Positions 37,736-50,304 are shown, numbered from the whole stretch's first letter. The stretch: DNA of 62,775 nt, filler included, from Rhabdomonas costata (GCA_019059605.1; 30 parts of 30 records of this genome joined end to end with filler, not necessarily neighbours in it); one strand, 5' to 3'. Numbers and translations are program-made. The notes: generated by a model not told the origin, from the sequence alone.

Positions 37736-37914
37736 TTTGGTTCGATGTTCTCCATCCCCACATACATCATACTCACACGCACACAAACTTCCTGCGCCTT
37801 TCACTCATGCTTTATACGTCTTTTATCGCCACCTCTCCGCCTCAAGTCAAAGGCGCAGGAAGTTTGTGTGCGTGTGAGTATGATGTATGTGGGGATGGAG
37901 AACATCGAACCAAA
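37736..37914. repeat. Perfect 66-bp inverted repeat with 47-bp spacer at contig start (probable amplification fold-back)
   Basis: 37736-37801 is the exact reverse complement of 37849-37914. Confidence 0.9.
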
Positions 37915-38467
37915 GAACATGAAGTTCAGCAACTGGAGAGAAACGGTGTTGATAAACCAGTGCCAGGACCGCGCCCTGGACGAAAGCTCCGGAACGAAGC
38001 CATGGGATATCACGGCCCATTCAAACAGGGGCTGGTCCAACGCTACCAAAGTCGCCACCACGGCCATGCCCACCAGAAAGGCGAGAACCCCAACCGAGGT
38101 CTTACGGGTAATGCAGATCCAGATCAAGGGCGAGACAGCGGCATAGTGCGAGATGTAGCCGGAGTTGAAGTACCCTCCGCATACAATGGTGACACATGTG
38201 ATGGAAAAGATGGGCATCACAGTGATGATCCAGGTGGGAAGCTGCACAGTGTGGGTCCTGCAGTATATCAGGAAGGCCAGGATAACAGGCATTGTGGCGG
38301 TGAAAAAAGTCGCCGCGGCGGCCCATGGCATTCCGCTGATGAGGTAGAGCAGGATGCTGATCATGGGTCCCCCAGTGGAAAGCCCAACTATGATCAGCAG
38401 AAGCACCTGCTTCTGGCGCACGAGTTCCTCGCTGTCACACTGCGACACGCCAATGCTGAGATACTTT
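37911..38467 (-). CDS. Large exon encoding a ~6-TM membrane domain resembling the N-terminal anchor of bacterial-type adenylate/guanylate cyclases
   Basis: LSIGVSQCDSEELVRQKQVLL...GGYFNSGYISHYAAVSPL...LDQPLF...WFINTVS: several hydrophobic helices with an IG...DxEE...K and GGxxNSG...PL pattern; catalytic domain not in the contig. Confidence 0.55.
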
Positions 38468-39989
38468 CTAAAGTATGTTCGAAGAAGGGCACACATTGGT
38501 ACATGAAATGCAGGCGGAGCTGCCACAGAAGGAAGCGTACAAAAAAATGCACGCAGATTACTGTACTGTAAAAAAAAACTGAAAGTAAAACGCACACGAA
38601 TGCAGAAGAACGTTCATGCATTCCAACTCGAGAATGTCCTACTGCAATTAATCATTCACTTCATCTGTCGGGTCCTGAAAGACGGCAGGGCCGGTTCACC
38701 TCCAATCCAGTACCCACCTGAGTACCCTTACTTTTCTTTCCTCAAAATCTTGTGCAGCACCTTTCCCCAGCACAACACAATTAATACACATTATTCACAA
38801 CCCTGCCCAAGCCATCGTGTGTCCCCGCGAAATGGCCATCTGATGTCCACCAAATCACGCTGTTCTAAAGCTTAGTTCAGGAAGAGGACTTACATTGTCG
38901 CGGGGGTTTAGGAGGCAACGCTAACTGCCGTTCGGGGTCGGATCGGGATGAAAAAAGCACAGATACGGCAGTGGTCTCCGTATCCACGTGTGTAAGTCTC
39001 AGGGGGGTTGTGCGGGTGGGGGGGTCACACATATGTTACGATCACGAAATGTTTCTTTTCGGGAATGCACAGAACGCCTGCTTTGGGTTGGCCCTCCGCC
39101 GTCGTGTATTGAAGCATCATTACTGATCATTTGAGTTTCGACCCGAGGGTGCTGAAAATCGGGAAAGGACCCGAACAAAGGGTTTCCCCAAATGATCACG
39201 AGAAGTTTCGATGGGCTGCGGTTTACCATCACTGACCAGCAGGATGCAGGGTTCCGTAGCGACAAGGGAAACGAATGCCAACAACCCCACCACTGCTCCT
39301 GCCAACCCAGCACCACACCCCTGCTCCTACCAACCCAGCCCTTCCACGGCATAACCACCGCTACGGAAATGCCAACACCGAACCACACCTGAAGCTTGTG
39401 CGCATTAATAAGACAGCTCACCTCACTTACCGAGTCTCCTGGGATGCAAAGGGTTCAAGCTCTGGGGGAAACCCCTGGAGGGTCCGCCAGGCCGAACGCA
39501 CCCCACAACGAAGGCATGACAGAAGACTATCCAGGGGGACTTGCGGGAGATCCGAGGAGTGACGAAGTGCTGCACAGTGGGCAGCGATAAAGCCCGCGGT
39601 GAAGCTGTCGCCTTGGAGGGAAAACAAAAATGGGAACTAAAAGGAATGCAAGTGCAACGGCATAAAGACGCAAAGTGGACAGTTGATGGTCGAAACAAGA
39701 AAAGTGGACAAGAGTTTCACCAACANNNNNNNNNNNNNNNNNNNNNNNNNNNNNNNNNNNNNNNNNNNNTTAATTAATTAANNNNNNNNNNNNNNNNNNN
39801 NNNNNNNNNNNNNNNNNNNNNNNNNGGGTGAGGGTTTAGGGATAAGAATTTAGGGCAGACCTGCCGCCAATTTTTTTGAACTCCACTCAAGCCTAACCGT
39901 TGGCTCTTCCCCTTCCCAGTGATAATGGGTTTGACAGACGACGGACTCTGCTGGTGGGAACCCGGACGGGGCACAGACACCCAGGCAGA

Positions 39990-41820
39990 CCTGAGCTCGA
40001 GAGTGGAGGGCACGGGCTCCTGCTGAGGATACTGCTCCAGAAGATCCCCTGCAGTGTGGATGAGGTCCCAGTACAGCCATGGCAGCCCCAATACGAAGAA
40101 CACCACCACCACGGCGGCCGCGGGGAAGAAGAACTTCCGCATTGCCGCGCAGTCCACGCCGAGGTTCTGCCGCAGCCGCAGCCCCGTGACCCCGGGGCAG
40201 AGCTGGACCCCCAGGGAGGACGGTGTGGTGGCGGAGAAGGCGCAGACTTGACATGACTTCTGAGTCCCTGTGGGGTGGTGGGGGAGATAATGTGGTGAAG
40301 GAAAATGATGAGTCACGTCACACAAAGTGAAAGAAGGCAACTTCGGATGTGCCCTTCTTGAAAGCAAGGGTTGGGATCTCTGTGTCCTGCTGCTGCTGGA
40401 GGGGGAATATTGTCACCTCAAAATGACACAACAAAAGTGTTTTCACACGGTTTCGCACTGCATATCGGTTAAGGTTGTTCAAACTGTTCTTTTTGCCCCC
40501 TTACTGTTATCTCTTACTTCTGAGGTGACACGGGAATTATGAGAAAACCTGAAATGCAGGAGCAGCTTGTCACTCGATGGGGTGCTCAGCAGGTTCGAGC
40601 AAAAAGGCAGACGCCCTAAAACAGTGCCAGTGACAACGTGGGGAGCTAAGAGGAATAGTCTACACTCACATAAACCTAGGGAGAGCGGGAAGGGAAGCAG
40701 GGGCTCCAGAGGCAGATAGAAGAAGAGTGCAGAGGCGGAGAAGGCTTTCTTCATGTGCCTGTGATGTAGGGGTAGCCCACGTCGTCTGGGAAGCGGGTGC
40801 CCGCGGGGCAGGTGAAGTCGGCGCAGTTGAAGGCGCTGATGGTGTTGCCCACGACAGGCATGTACATCAGGCTGAGCACCAGCAGGAGCACGCGGAGGAA
40901 GTTGCGGCTGAGCAGCCGCTTGGCCTTCCACAGGCCCCGGCGCCCGCACCGGAACAGCGTGACCACCAGGTATATCAGTAGTAGCACCCCGCACACGAAG
41001 CTGGTCAGGCCCAGGGGCACAAAAAAGGCCCCCCAGCTGTAGGCCTGCATCACCAGTCCCAGGGAGGACAGCCACCCCGCCAGAAACATCCCCACGACCA
41101 CCAGCCCCAGACCAATCACGAGCTTCAGCAGTGTGCTCACCCTGAGACACAGGCCACACCCAAGTTTGGCGAAGATCTACGAAATAAGAAAAACGGAAGT
41201 GACAAAAGCAAGCTAAACATGCGCTGTCTCGCAAGTGGGTATTTCCAAGAACTGCATCGAGATGCGAAACATGCCAATGCGGACAACCGTCCATCCCTAG
41301 CAGGATCCTTTCACACTCCATGCTCAGGAATGTATGTAGACCGAGGGCGTGTGTGCGCGCGTGCGCGCAAAAGGGGTGCTTGGGCATCGGAATCCCGTGC
41401 GTTTCCTGACAACACTAGCGCAGAACTGGGGGGGGGGGAATGAATGACAGTTATTCAGTTATTGGGTGCTGACGTATGTTTAGTTGTTCTGGTGAAACAA
41501 CAATGTGTTCGACATAAAAGGAACTCAAACCACGAACACAAGGAAAAGAGACTCGGCGCCAATACGAAGCTGTACACAGGCGAACACAGGTAGGGGGGCA
41601 TGCTTCTTGAGGTCTCTGGTTTCCTCCTCGCACTTGTCCTTGCGCGATTTGATCCTCTTTGCGAGGTTCTGCCCCACCCCCGGTGTGCCTTCCTTGTACA
41701 GGTAGACCCGGTGCAGCGTCAGGTAGGCCAGAGCGAACACTACCGCGGCGCCCGCGCCCACCCCCAGGAACAGCACGTTGGCATCCGAAGAGATGAAGTC
41801 CGACCGAGAGAACCACACAA
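39990..41820 (-). CDS. Multi-pass membrane protein fragment (exons ~41820-41604, 41141-~40759, ~40267-39990), protist 7TM/TRP-C-terminal-like
   Basis: GC-rich exons with TM helices and the LxxMYxPV...SAFxC...LxxNLGVDC...LGLP pattern; exact donors ambiguous. Confidence 0.65.
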
Positions 41821-41926
41821 NNNNNNNNNNNNNNNNNNNNNNNNNNNNNNNNNNNNNNNNNNNNTTAATTAATTAANNNNNNNNNNNNNNNNNNNNNNNN
41901 NNNNNNNNNNNNNNNNNNNNGTGTGG

Positions 41927-42088
41927 GGTGACTTCAGTTGCTGTGGTGGTCTCCTCTGCACTGCTGACGTACCCACTCACCCGAGTACACACACACACAC
42001 CCTGCATAAAAGTTCCATCTGCTGTGCAACTCGGGTGAGTGGGTACGTCAGCAGTGCAGAGGAGACCACCACAGCAACTGAAGTCACC
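41927..42088. repeat. Perfect 60-bp inverted repeat with 42-bp spacer at contig start (probable amplification fold-back)
   Basis: 41927-41986 is the exact reverse complement of 42029-42088; it duplicates an exon/intron junction. Confidence 0.9.
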
Positions 42089-42380
42089 ACGCACAGGATG
42101 ATTACCACCAGGATCAACATGGCTCCGAAGCGCCGGTTGATTTTTTCTAGCAAAACATCGCTTCGGACAAGTTGAACAAGGACCCACCTGGAAAAAAGAA
42201 GAGGGTGTGCTGGCGGAACGAATTATTATGCGGGATCATTGCCGATTCCTTGAGCTATAAACTTCCACGGAGAAGTACAGTACGGAAAATAGCGACAAAG
42301 AGGGCCATCGCATAATAGTCGCCGAGGGTTCTGAAGCGAGTCTCGCACTTTCCAAGTCCAGTAACAAAAGAGAATACATA
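42047..42380 (-). CDS. Two exons of an unknown membrane protein
   Basis: Phase-compatible join CILFCYWTWKVRDSLQNPRRLLCDGPLCRYFP|WVLVQLVRSDVLLEKINRRFGAMLILVVIILCVVTSVAVVVSSALL. Confidence 0.4.
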
Positions 42381-44931
42381 CTGAACGGCGACACGCCCCA
42401 CCACACAATGGCCCTTTAATGGCCTATAAGCAGCTTTTAACCGATGCATTCTGGCACACTCCGGTGTCAGCATGAAGCCCTTCTGGGCCCCACCACTAGG
42501 TATGTTTAGCAGGCAAGTTTACGCTCCGTATGCAGACCTGAAAAGATCCAAAAAGGGTATCCCAAAGGCCAAGGAAATACGAGATCTAAATCGAACAGGC
42601 ACCCCAATGAACCCGTCAAGATGCCATCACCACGCGCAGAGATGCAACGGTTGGAAAGCTTCCAGCTCAACCTCAGCACAGTAGTACTGCAATACAACCA
42701 GCTTTGAGACCGAACGGGTTAGTCTCACTAAATACCGCGATACCCGTGACAGATTTCGGGTCTGCAGGTCATTCAAATTATAGTTTTGCACCTCCACCAA
42801 CTAAATGAGGGTGTTAATTTTTTAGGGCACGCGTGAACTATCAATCATCGGAATTCGCACTGCGTAAGTTGGGGAAGGGTGAGTTTGGGCAGATTCGCTG
42901 GTGCAGTTGCACAGGGCGTCTAGGGGAGTTAAACAAAGAACCGTTGGCCGACAATAGCTCGAGGTTCCGCTCGACAGAGCCGAGTCCCCCTCCCTTGGAG
43001 GACAAGGTCTTGTCAATTTCTACGGTATTTGCTTGGCAGGGCTAACCCCCGGAGAAGCGGCAGTTTAGCGAGGGAGGGGCTGGACTCGGCCTCGCTATTC
43101 TCGGGCTCAGAGTCGGGAGGCCCGGAGAAGAGGATAGATGTGTTCTGCTGGAAGACCCCCGCGTGCGACAAAACACAACTGTAACCCACGTCATCACGTT
43201 ATAGCACGAACACACAGACGCACCGCAGGTTCTTTTCGACCCGATTCGAGGTGGTGACAGACTGAAACCCAGCAAAGTACAGCTCTCCCTTGACATACAG
43301 CTGCGCCATCACTTGCTCCCCTTGGAATCCAATGGAATCCCAGTTTCCGACAACACTCTGCCAAAGAAAAAACCACACCAATCCATCTGGAACGATGTCT
43401 CACGTAATGAAAGAGCCTGGCTTGCTGTTTTCTTGGCTAAAACAGCAGGTGCCACCGGAACGGGGTGAAAACAGGAGGAAAAACGTAACCAAGGAGAACA
43501 CATTCAGGGGACAGATTTCACCGTTACGCAAAGCTCGCAGCTTCAAAGCCTCACCGTCATTTCTGTATGTGCGGTGGATGGATGGGGAAGGAGAGAGAGG
43601 TCAAAAAGAAACGAAGGCAGGAGTACCCACTCACCACACCCGAGTCGGAATGCCGTGATTACATTTCTCGGATGGATGGAAGGTGTGTTCCGGTGCAGTC
43701 TAGGCACTATGCAATTTTGGAGAAGAGGCGCTGGGAGGCGCTGTGGCGTGTCGGCTGCCGCGGGGCCTTTCATCTGTCCTCTATATCACAGAAAACAAAC
43801 AATACCGTTCAACTAACACACGCTGGAAGAAGAAGTAAAAGAAAATGAATGAAGACGCACCGGAAGGGCATGGCAGAGGGCCGGGACGATTGGGGACGTG
43901 GCCTGAAAAAAACCANNNNNNNNNNNNNNNNNNNNNNNNNNNNNNNNNNNNNNNNNNNNTTAATTAATTAANNNNNNNNNNNNNNNNNNNNNNNNNNNNN
44001 NNNNNNNNNNNNNNNGGGTTGTGGGGCAGCAAATTCATGGTACCCGACAAAATATGAACCCCCCACCCACATATCCACCTATCCAATGTTGAGCACAGCT
44101 GATGCTTGAATGTCTGTCTGAGTGCGACTCAAAGTATACATTACTATTACCTGAGCGACAGCAAATGAAAGTGAGAACCTTCTCCACTTCGCTCCTCACC
44201 CTCCCTTTGGCCCTCCTGGGCTAGTGCTCACCGACTGCCGCTCCTCCGCCATACTTTCCGCCGACGGGCAACTGTTCCCACCCAAAGGACGATCTTGTTG
44301 ACGATCTTGATCTTGGAGTCCACCAGGGCACAGAGAAGTGTCCACCAAGCTGGGCGAAGATGGAGGCTGAGCGTGGTCATGGCTAGGATTGGGCGGGGGA
44401 CAGCCTGGAGGGATAGGAGCAGTTCCCAGAGAGAAGTCATGCTCCTCCTTCACGGAGGCCAAGGAAGGGGAAGGCTGCTGTACGTATGGTCACTCAGGTG
44501 GGAGGGCATCAGGGAGCAAAGGACCCGCGCGTCGGAACCATTATCCTCCCGGCAGCGTGTTCAACTTCCTGCCTAGGTTTACTGCAGCGCTTTTCAAACC
44601 TTCGGACAAGCCGTTTGAAGAGAGCCCAACCCTCCCAACCCATTCAACAGCTGACACTCATTGAAACCGAGTGAGTCATCGTGGGATACTCTGGGGCGAC
44701 TTTTAGGGGAGGCCCTTACCAGCAAGAAGCCCAGGACGCCTATGGGGTCTGCATATGAGGTCTCCATTCCAATTTGGAGAAGCACTGGTTAGAGGATACG
44801 CGATATTGGCAGTTGGCATCGGTATTGACTACCTCTGACCGGGGGAGAGAAGAGGAGAAGAGTTGGAACTTCCCTGTTCCCTGAGACCCATTGCCACCAG
44901 AGCGACCAGGAAAGCTGGGAACCAGGGGGAC

Positions 44932-45773
44932 CCCCTTCCTCCTTCCTTCCCGCAGGGGCCACATCGTCCTCGTCCTTCACCACCGTCCTCCGTGGCACGC
45001 ACTTTTCCTGTTGCTGCTGCTGTTGCTGCTTCACAGCCGTGGTGGGGACAGGGGATGGCGCGCTGGCCCCAGAGGGCTTCCGGGGAGCCCTCTTTGGGGT
45101 CTTCGCCCTCTGAGGAGGCTCCACCTTAACCTGAACATCTGAGGCAGAAGTAGAGGCAGGGCTGAGCTTGGGCTCGTCGTCGGCCTCGGGCTTGCTCAAG
45201 TCCACCTTGGGCTTGGGTTTGACTTTGGGCTTGGGGCGGGCCTTTGCGGCCCTGGAGGTGCTCCCCGCCGAGACACCTGCTGGGCCTTCTCTTCCATCCT
45301 AACGAAACCACCACACCCACAGGAAGTCCACAAACCCCACAACTTGGGCGTCAGCGGAGGGCGGAGGTTTGTCGTGTGTGTGTGTACCACTAGGATCCTC
45401 AGCAGCAGCTGCGTTGTTATATTGTCATCGGCCACAAAAAAGGCTTGCAGGGCTCTCGCGCTGAGTGTTCTGTGATTCGTCTTTTCAGTGGGTTTTCGTC
45501 GCGTTTCAGGTGAATAAACGTTTGGATTTAAGGTTCATAAGCTATGCCACTCACACCATTTTTTAAAGAGCTAAAATACTCAATCACTTTATCCGGGGGG
45601 GCTTTCTTCCCCAACCCACTAGGGTGAACCCCTTCCCCGGTCTGGTATGCTGCGCACACCGTGCTCCTGGGTATGGCAGGGCGCTCCTGCCCACAGGCAT
45701 CGCAGATCCCCGCCGAGTCTGGGTTCACCAAGGTGCACGTCGGGCACTCCCACTTCAAAGGGTTTCGGGCCGC
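44932..45773 (-). CDS. RanBP2/NZF-type zinc-finger exon (45773-45660) plus low-complexity Pro/Lys/Gln exon (~45298-44932)
   Basis: KWECPTCTLVNPDSAGICDACGQERP is a canonical WxCxxCTxxN...CxxC finger; the next exon joins in phase 0. Confidence 0.85.
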
Positions 45774-46577
45774 CTGTTTCACATACACAAATGCGCACAC
45801 GCACACACACACACATCACTCACTCACACAAGAGCACACAAACGGGCAAACAGGTGGCCCGTTCACTGACGAAAATGACCAGAGAAAACGAATACGCAAT
45901 TAGCTGACACTTGCGCGAAGCCACAACTTGAAACATAAGAGAAAAAAGGCTGCAAAACCTGTCGACCTTGCATGCATCTCCTCTTCACAAAAAACCACCA
46001 CACAACCCCNNNNNNNNNNNNNNNNNNNNNNNNNNNNNNNNNNNNNNNNNNNNTTAATTAATTAANNNNNNNNNNNNNNNNNNNNNNNNNNNNNNNNNNN
46101 NNNNNNNNNGAGAAACGAGGCGAAGGGGACTTTGAGGAGACAAGGGAAAGGCTGTGCCAATGATGGTGTGGGGGGTGAGACCATGAAAAGTCTGATTGGG
46201 CCTATCGGAACGTCCGGCGAGGAAACAAATGGGTACACTGAATTGAGGAACGGGGAAGGTGGTACAAGGGGTACAAAGGCAGCGCAACTTCAACAGGTGG
46301 ACAAGAAGTTCGTTTTCAATTATGCAAACAACCAAACGTATAAGGCGAGAACAGAAAATAAGGAGCAGACAGCAAAGTTATGACAACCAAACGATGGAAA
46401 GAGCACTTGCCACACACAATTTTGGCGCCAAAGCCTCAGGAAAACTGCTCCGTCAGCAGTATATTATGCTGCAGCTTTGTGGTAGCAGTGTGGTTTGCAG
46501 TGTGGCGAACTCAGCAGGAAGTTCATATCTTACATCGAAAAGTGACGCAAAGTGTGGGTTGATCCGGGCAGAAAGAC

Positions 46578-46764
46578 CTGCTCGTGGGGGCCAGTATGTC
46601 TTCAAGGTTGATTTCGGCAGCGGCGCCGTGAAGTTGTGGTGCAGTGCCTCGGAGAGAGCGGGGGTCTCCACTTGGGCATAATGCGCCAAGGCCAAGACAA
46701 GCGTCATCATCCCGGCGGTAGCAACGCCGCCCAGCAGCCGCACAGCGCATCGAACAGAAGCCAT
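46578..46764 (-). CDS. Probable first exon of a signal-anchor/secreted protein
   Basis: MASVRCAVRLLGGVATAGMMTLVLALAHYAQVETPALSEALHHNFTAPLPKSTLKTYWPPRA followed by a GT donor; hydrophobic N-terminus and GC-rich codons. Confidence 0.5.
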
Positions 46765-47790
46765 GAAATGCTGCATCAGGATCAGTACCGGGCCATTCAA
46801 AAACTCCCATCCAAAAAGTTGTCCTTCTCTAAAGCACTGCTTGATGCGTTTCTGATCTACATTTTCCCGTGTACCTTCACGCGTACAATAATCCAATAAT
46901 CTAATGATCTTAGTTTATAATTGGCAGAAAGAAATTGAGTGCCCCTTCTATGTCACAGGGGGGCCCATGGGCAGCCGGAAGTGGACAAGCCCAGAAAATT
47001 TTCGTCTGGTTATTGTCGCACTGGTTTGTAGTAGTTGTCTTTTTTTTTCAGTTTTGTTTGCATAAAAAAGTGAGGGAAAGACCAACTAAAAGTGTCTGAG
47101 TTCCGATTTCTCCACTCAAGAGGGAGAAAACCCTACACCCACAAGCCAAAGAACACGCGTGTTGCCAAGCAGCAGTTCCACTTTTATATTTTTGCTATTT
47201 TGCTATTTTCAATGGAAAGGCGCTGACCATTTTTATGTATTGATTGGACAGTGGGACTGCGCATTTCGTGGGTGTGCCACAGCTACAAAAATAACGTGGT
47301 GATCTCCAATAAGGAGAGAGGGGTAAAAGGTAAAAGGGGTAAAAGCCGTCGGGAAACTGATTGTGGAAGGGGGGGGACCAATGGCAACTGACTGTGCGAG
47401 CTCAGAAACCCAATACAACACTGTTCCGACAGGCTCGTGCCTATACTCACACGTTCAAGGCAAAGAGCCGTTGCTCGGCGAAAAACTACAGCAAACGCGC
47501 GGGAGCGCGTTAAGACCCCAGAAAACGCGGACTGTGCTTCCCAGCGTACGGAGTCTTCGCTCCCCACGCACAACAATGCACTTAATACAAGAAGGAAAAT
47601 CACAACTATCTACAGGATGGGGAAACAAGGCATGGGACATCTCGGCACATCAAGCGACGCCAGTCCAGGCAAGGAGATAGCACACTCAAGCAAAGGCTAC
47701 AGCCACTCAAATCCAAACGCCTCAAAAGAAAAAAATTCTCTTCTGCAAAAGCTGCTGCTGCTGACAGCAATCGGCGATTTCGCTGGTGAA

Positions 47791-48000
47791 CTACCGAGCT
47801 TTGTGCGGCTCTTCCTGAAAGGCCTCAGCAATCCTCTGCCGCACCCCCGCACTCAGGGTCTTGGGGAATACCACCTCAGTGAAGAAGAAAAGGTGCCCTC
47901 GGGGCTGGTCCGGGGCGCCGAGCTGGGGGACTCCCCAGTGGGGCAGGCACAGAACGGGCTCATTGGTGCTGGGGCCGATTACCCCAACCTCAGCGGGAAG
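47791..48000 (-). CDS. Last exon of a DnaJ/Hsp40 protein (C-terminal domain)
   Basis: VIGPSTNEPVLCLPHWGVPQLGAPDQPRGHLFFFTEVVFPKTLSAGVRQRIAEAF fits GxP...RGxLxxxxxVxFPxxL. Confidence 0.8.
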   Translation of the reverse strand, partial: LPAEVGVIGPSTNEPVLCLPHWGVPQLGAPDQPRGHLFFFTEVVFPKTLSAGVRQRIAEAFQEEPHKAR

Positions 48001-48017
48001 CTGAACACAACCCCCAT

Positions 48018-48048
<31 letters not shown>

Positions 48049-48110
48049 AACAAACAAACAAACAAACAAACAAACAAACAAACAAACAAACAAACAAACA
48101 AACAAACCAA
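48018..48110. repeat. (CA)n-(AAAC)n compound microsatellite in the DnaJ intron
   Basis: Directly visible tandem runs. Confidence 0.95.
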
Positions 48111-48210
48111 NNNNNNNNNNNNNNNNNNNNNNNNNNNNNNNNNNNNNNNNNNNNTTAATTAATTAANNNNNNNNNNNNNNNNNNNNNNNNNNNNNNNNNN
48201 NNNNNNNNNN

Positions 48211-49894
48211 CAAGTGTGATCACCATGTTTGACACCGGGGTCCCCGCCGCTGCGCACGGGCTCTTGGGCTGGGACATCTTCACCACGGCAACCTCCCCAC
48301 CCTCCACCGTGACCTGCTTCCGTTGCCCCGGTGAGGTCTTTGAGAAAATCCGGCCCCCCCTCGGAGCGGTGCCCCCGTTTATAGGGGCGATCAACTCGTC
48401 GCAGGCCGAGGTCTGGGTTCACAACCCGCACGTCTTGACCCCCCCTAGACAATGGGCCACCCAGGGGGTTCCTGCAGACCACCTTCGAGGGGTTCCCGCG
48501 AAAGATCTGGAGACAGTTCTTCGCGACGTTCTTTTGGTAGCGAGCGAGCAGGCCCAGGGCAGCCGCCCACGCCGGGCCCCAAAGCAGATTCACTTTGTGT
48601 ACTCTGACGAGGTGGATAGTGCTCTGCACGAGCATGGGGCCCTCTCTCCAGAGGCCCTGCTGCTGACCCAAAAGGTTGATATTCTGCTGGCGAGCTTCAT
48701 GCGGTCGCTGCAGGGCATCCCGCGCTCCGGGCGCACCCTTCTCGTGGCCACCGCCGACCATGGCCACGTCCACATCACCCCTTTCGTCCACGCGGCCGCC
48801 ACGCCTGCCACCCTGGATTTGTTCCGAGGCGTGATGAAGGCCGGAGAGAACCGCTGGGCGAAGTCCTGCACCCTCCCACTCTGGGGCACTTCCCTTCCAT
48901 AACTAAAACTCATAAATATAGAGCCCGGGACTGTTTCCCGGAAATTTTGGGGAAAGTGGGGTAAATTTTTAGCTGTCTCAGACTCGTTCTGCTGAAACTT
49001 GACCTTTAGTTTACCGTGTAAGCTTTTCGCTCCCTCAGACCCCCTCTCTTCATTTCTACCCTGCGGTTCGCCCTGAAACCTGTACACACCTCCCATCTCC
49101 CATCGGAACTCCAGGAAAACGTGTTCCACCGTTTTCCCCTTGAAATCCTGGATTGGTACGCAAGGTTAACCTGACTCTGTACCTTCTCAAAATGAGCTAT
49201 TCCTGGGAAAACGGGCAAGCTTTGCCAACCACCGTGGTAGATGGTAGAATATTGTCCCACTGGTTGTTGTTGTTGGACCCCATCTGTACCCTTGAGTCCT
49301 TTGGGGACGACGATTGGGGTGGGTGGGACGGGGGAGGGGGTTGCAAGAACCTTGGATCCCGGTTGTTAACAGATCCAGAGCAGTTTGTCAGTCGAATGTG
49401 TTGGTTGTTAACATTATTTGGCCGCTGCACGGGAAATGGTTCCTTCGGTGGGCTGGGTTTTCCTCGGTTCCCGGTAAGCTTCTTATTTATTATCGAAAGG
49501 TTAGGCTTTACCGACTAAATTCTCAATTCCGGTTATCTTAGTGGAGTGCAGTGCTTGGAAGGGGCCGGGAGTGTGCCGTTCCAAGCCCCAAGCACACAGC
49601 TTTGTTTTCTTCCGAGTCGCCCCTGAGGCATCGGCAGCCTTCGCGGCGGCGTTCCGAAAGGCCTTCGGGAGCCACTTTCTCCTCCTGACGGTGGAGGAGG
49701 TGGATCAGCTGCGGCTGCTGGGGCGGGAGCGTCTCTCGGCGTGGTCCCGCGATCACCTAGGCACCCACCTGGTGATCGCCATTGGGCAGGCCGAGGTTTT
49801 TGTCCCGCTCAGGGCGGGGGAGCATGGGGGGCTTTCCCCGGACGAGATGCACGTGCCACTAATCGTCGCTTCTGCGTCGGGCCCTGGGGCTTGA
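48211..49894 (+). CDS. Alkaline-phosphatase-superfamily nucleotide pyrophosphatase/phosphodiesterase, 5'-truncated (exons <48211-48862 and 49600-49894)
   Basis: TGxPxxHGLLGW, YSDEVDSALHEHG, TADHGH and C-terminal GEHGGLSPDEMHVPLI motifs; a phase-2 GT-AG intron restores the frame. Confidence 0.88.
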
Positions 49895-50304
49895 GCTTTA
49901 TTAAAATCACGCTGCCGGTCCTCGCTACCACGCAGGGGTTCTGGAGGAAATCGCACCCATGAGGTTTTCCGCGCATGCATGGATGGCACAGCGCTCGACC
50001 TCTCTCCACAGATAAACCAACGCACCGACGCACACGGAGCTTTGCTGCTGCGTCGACGCTGTCTTTGTTCGGTGTTCTGCCGGCTGCCTCTAAACGCACA
50101 TTCTTGGGTTTTTATTTGTGTCATGTTGCCGTTCTCTCTCCCTTGTGGTTACTCTGAGTCGCCCGATACTTTTGGTTTCGCAGCTTCGCTGCAGTCAAGG
50201 ATCTNNNNNNNNNNNNNNNNNNNNNNNNNNNNNNNNNNNNNNNNNNNNTTAATTAATTAANNNNNNNNNNNNNNNNNNNNNNNNNNNNNNNNNNNNNNNN
50301 NNNN

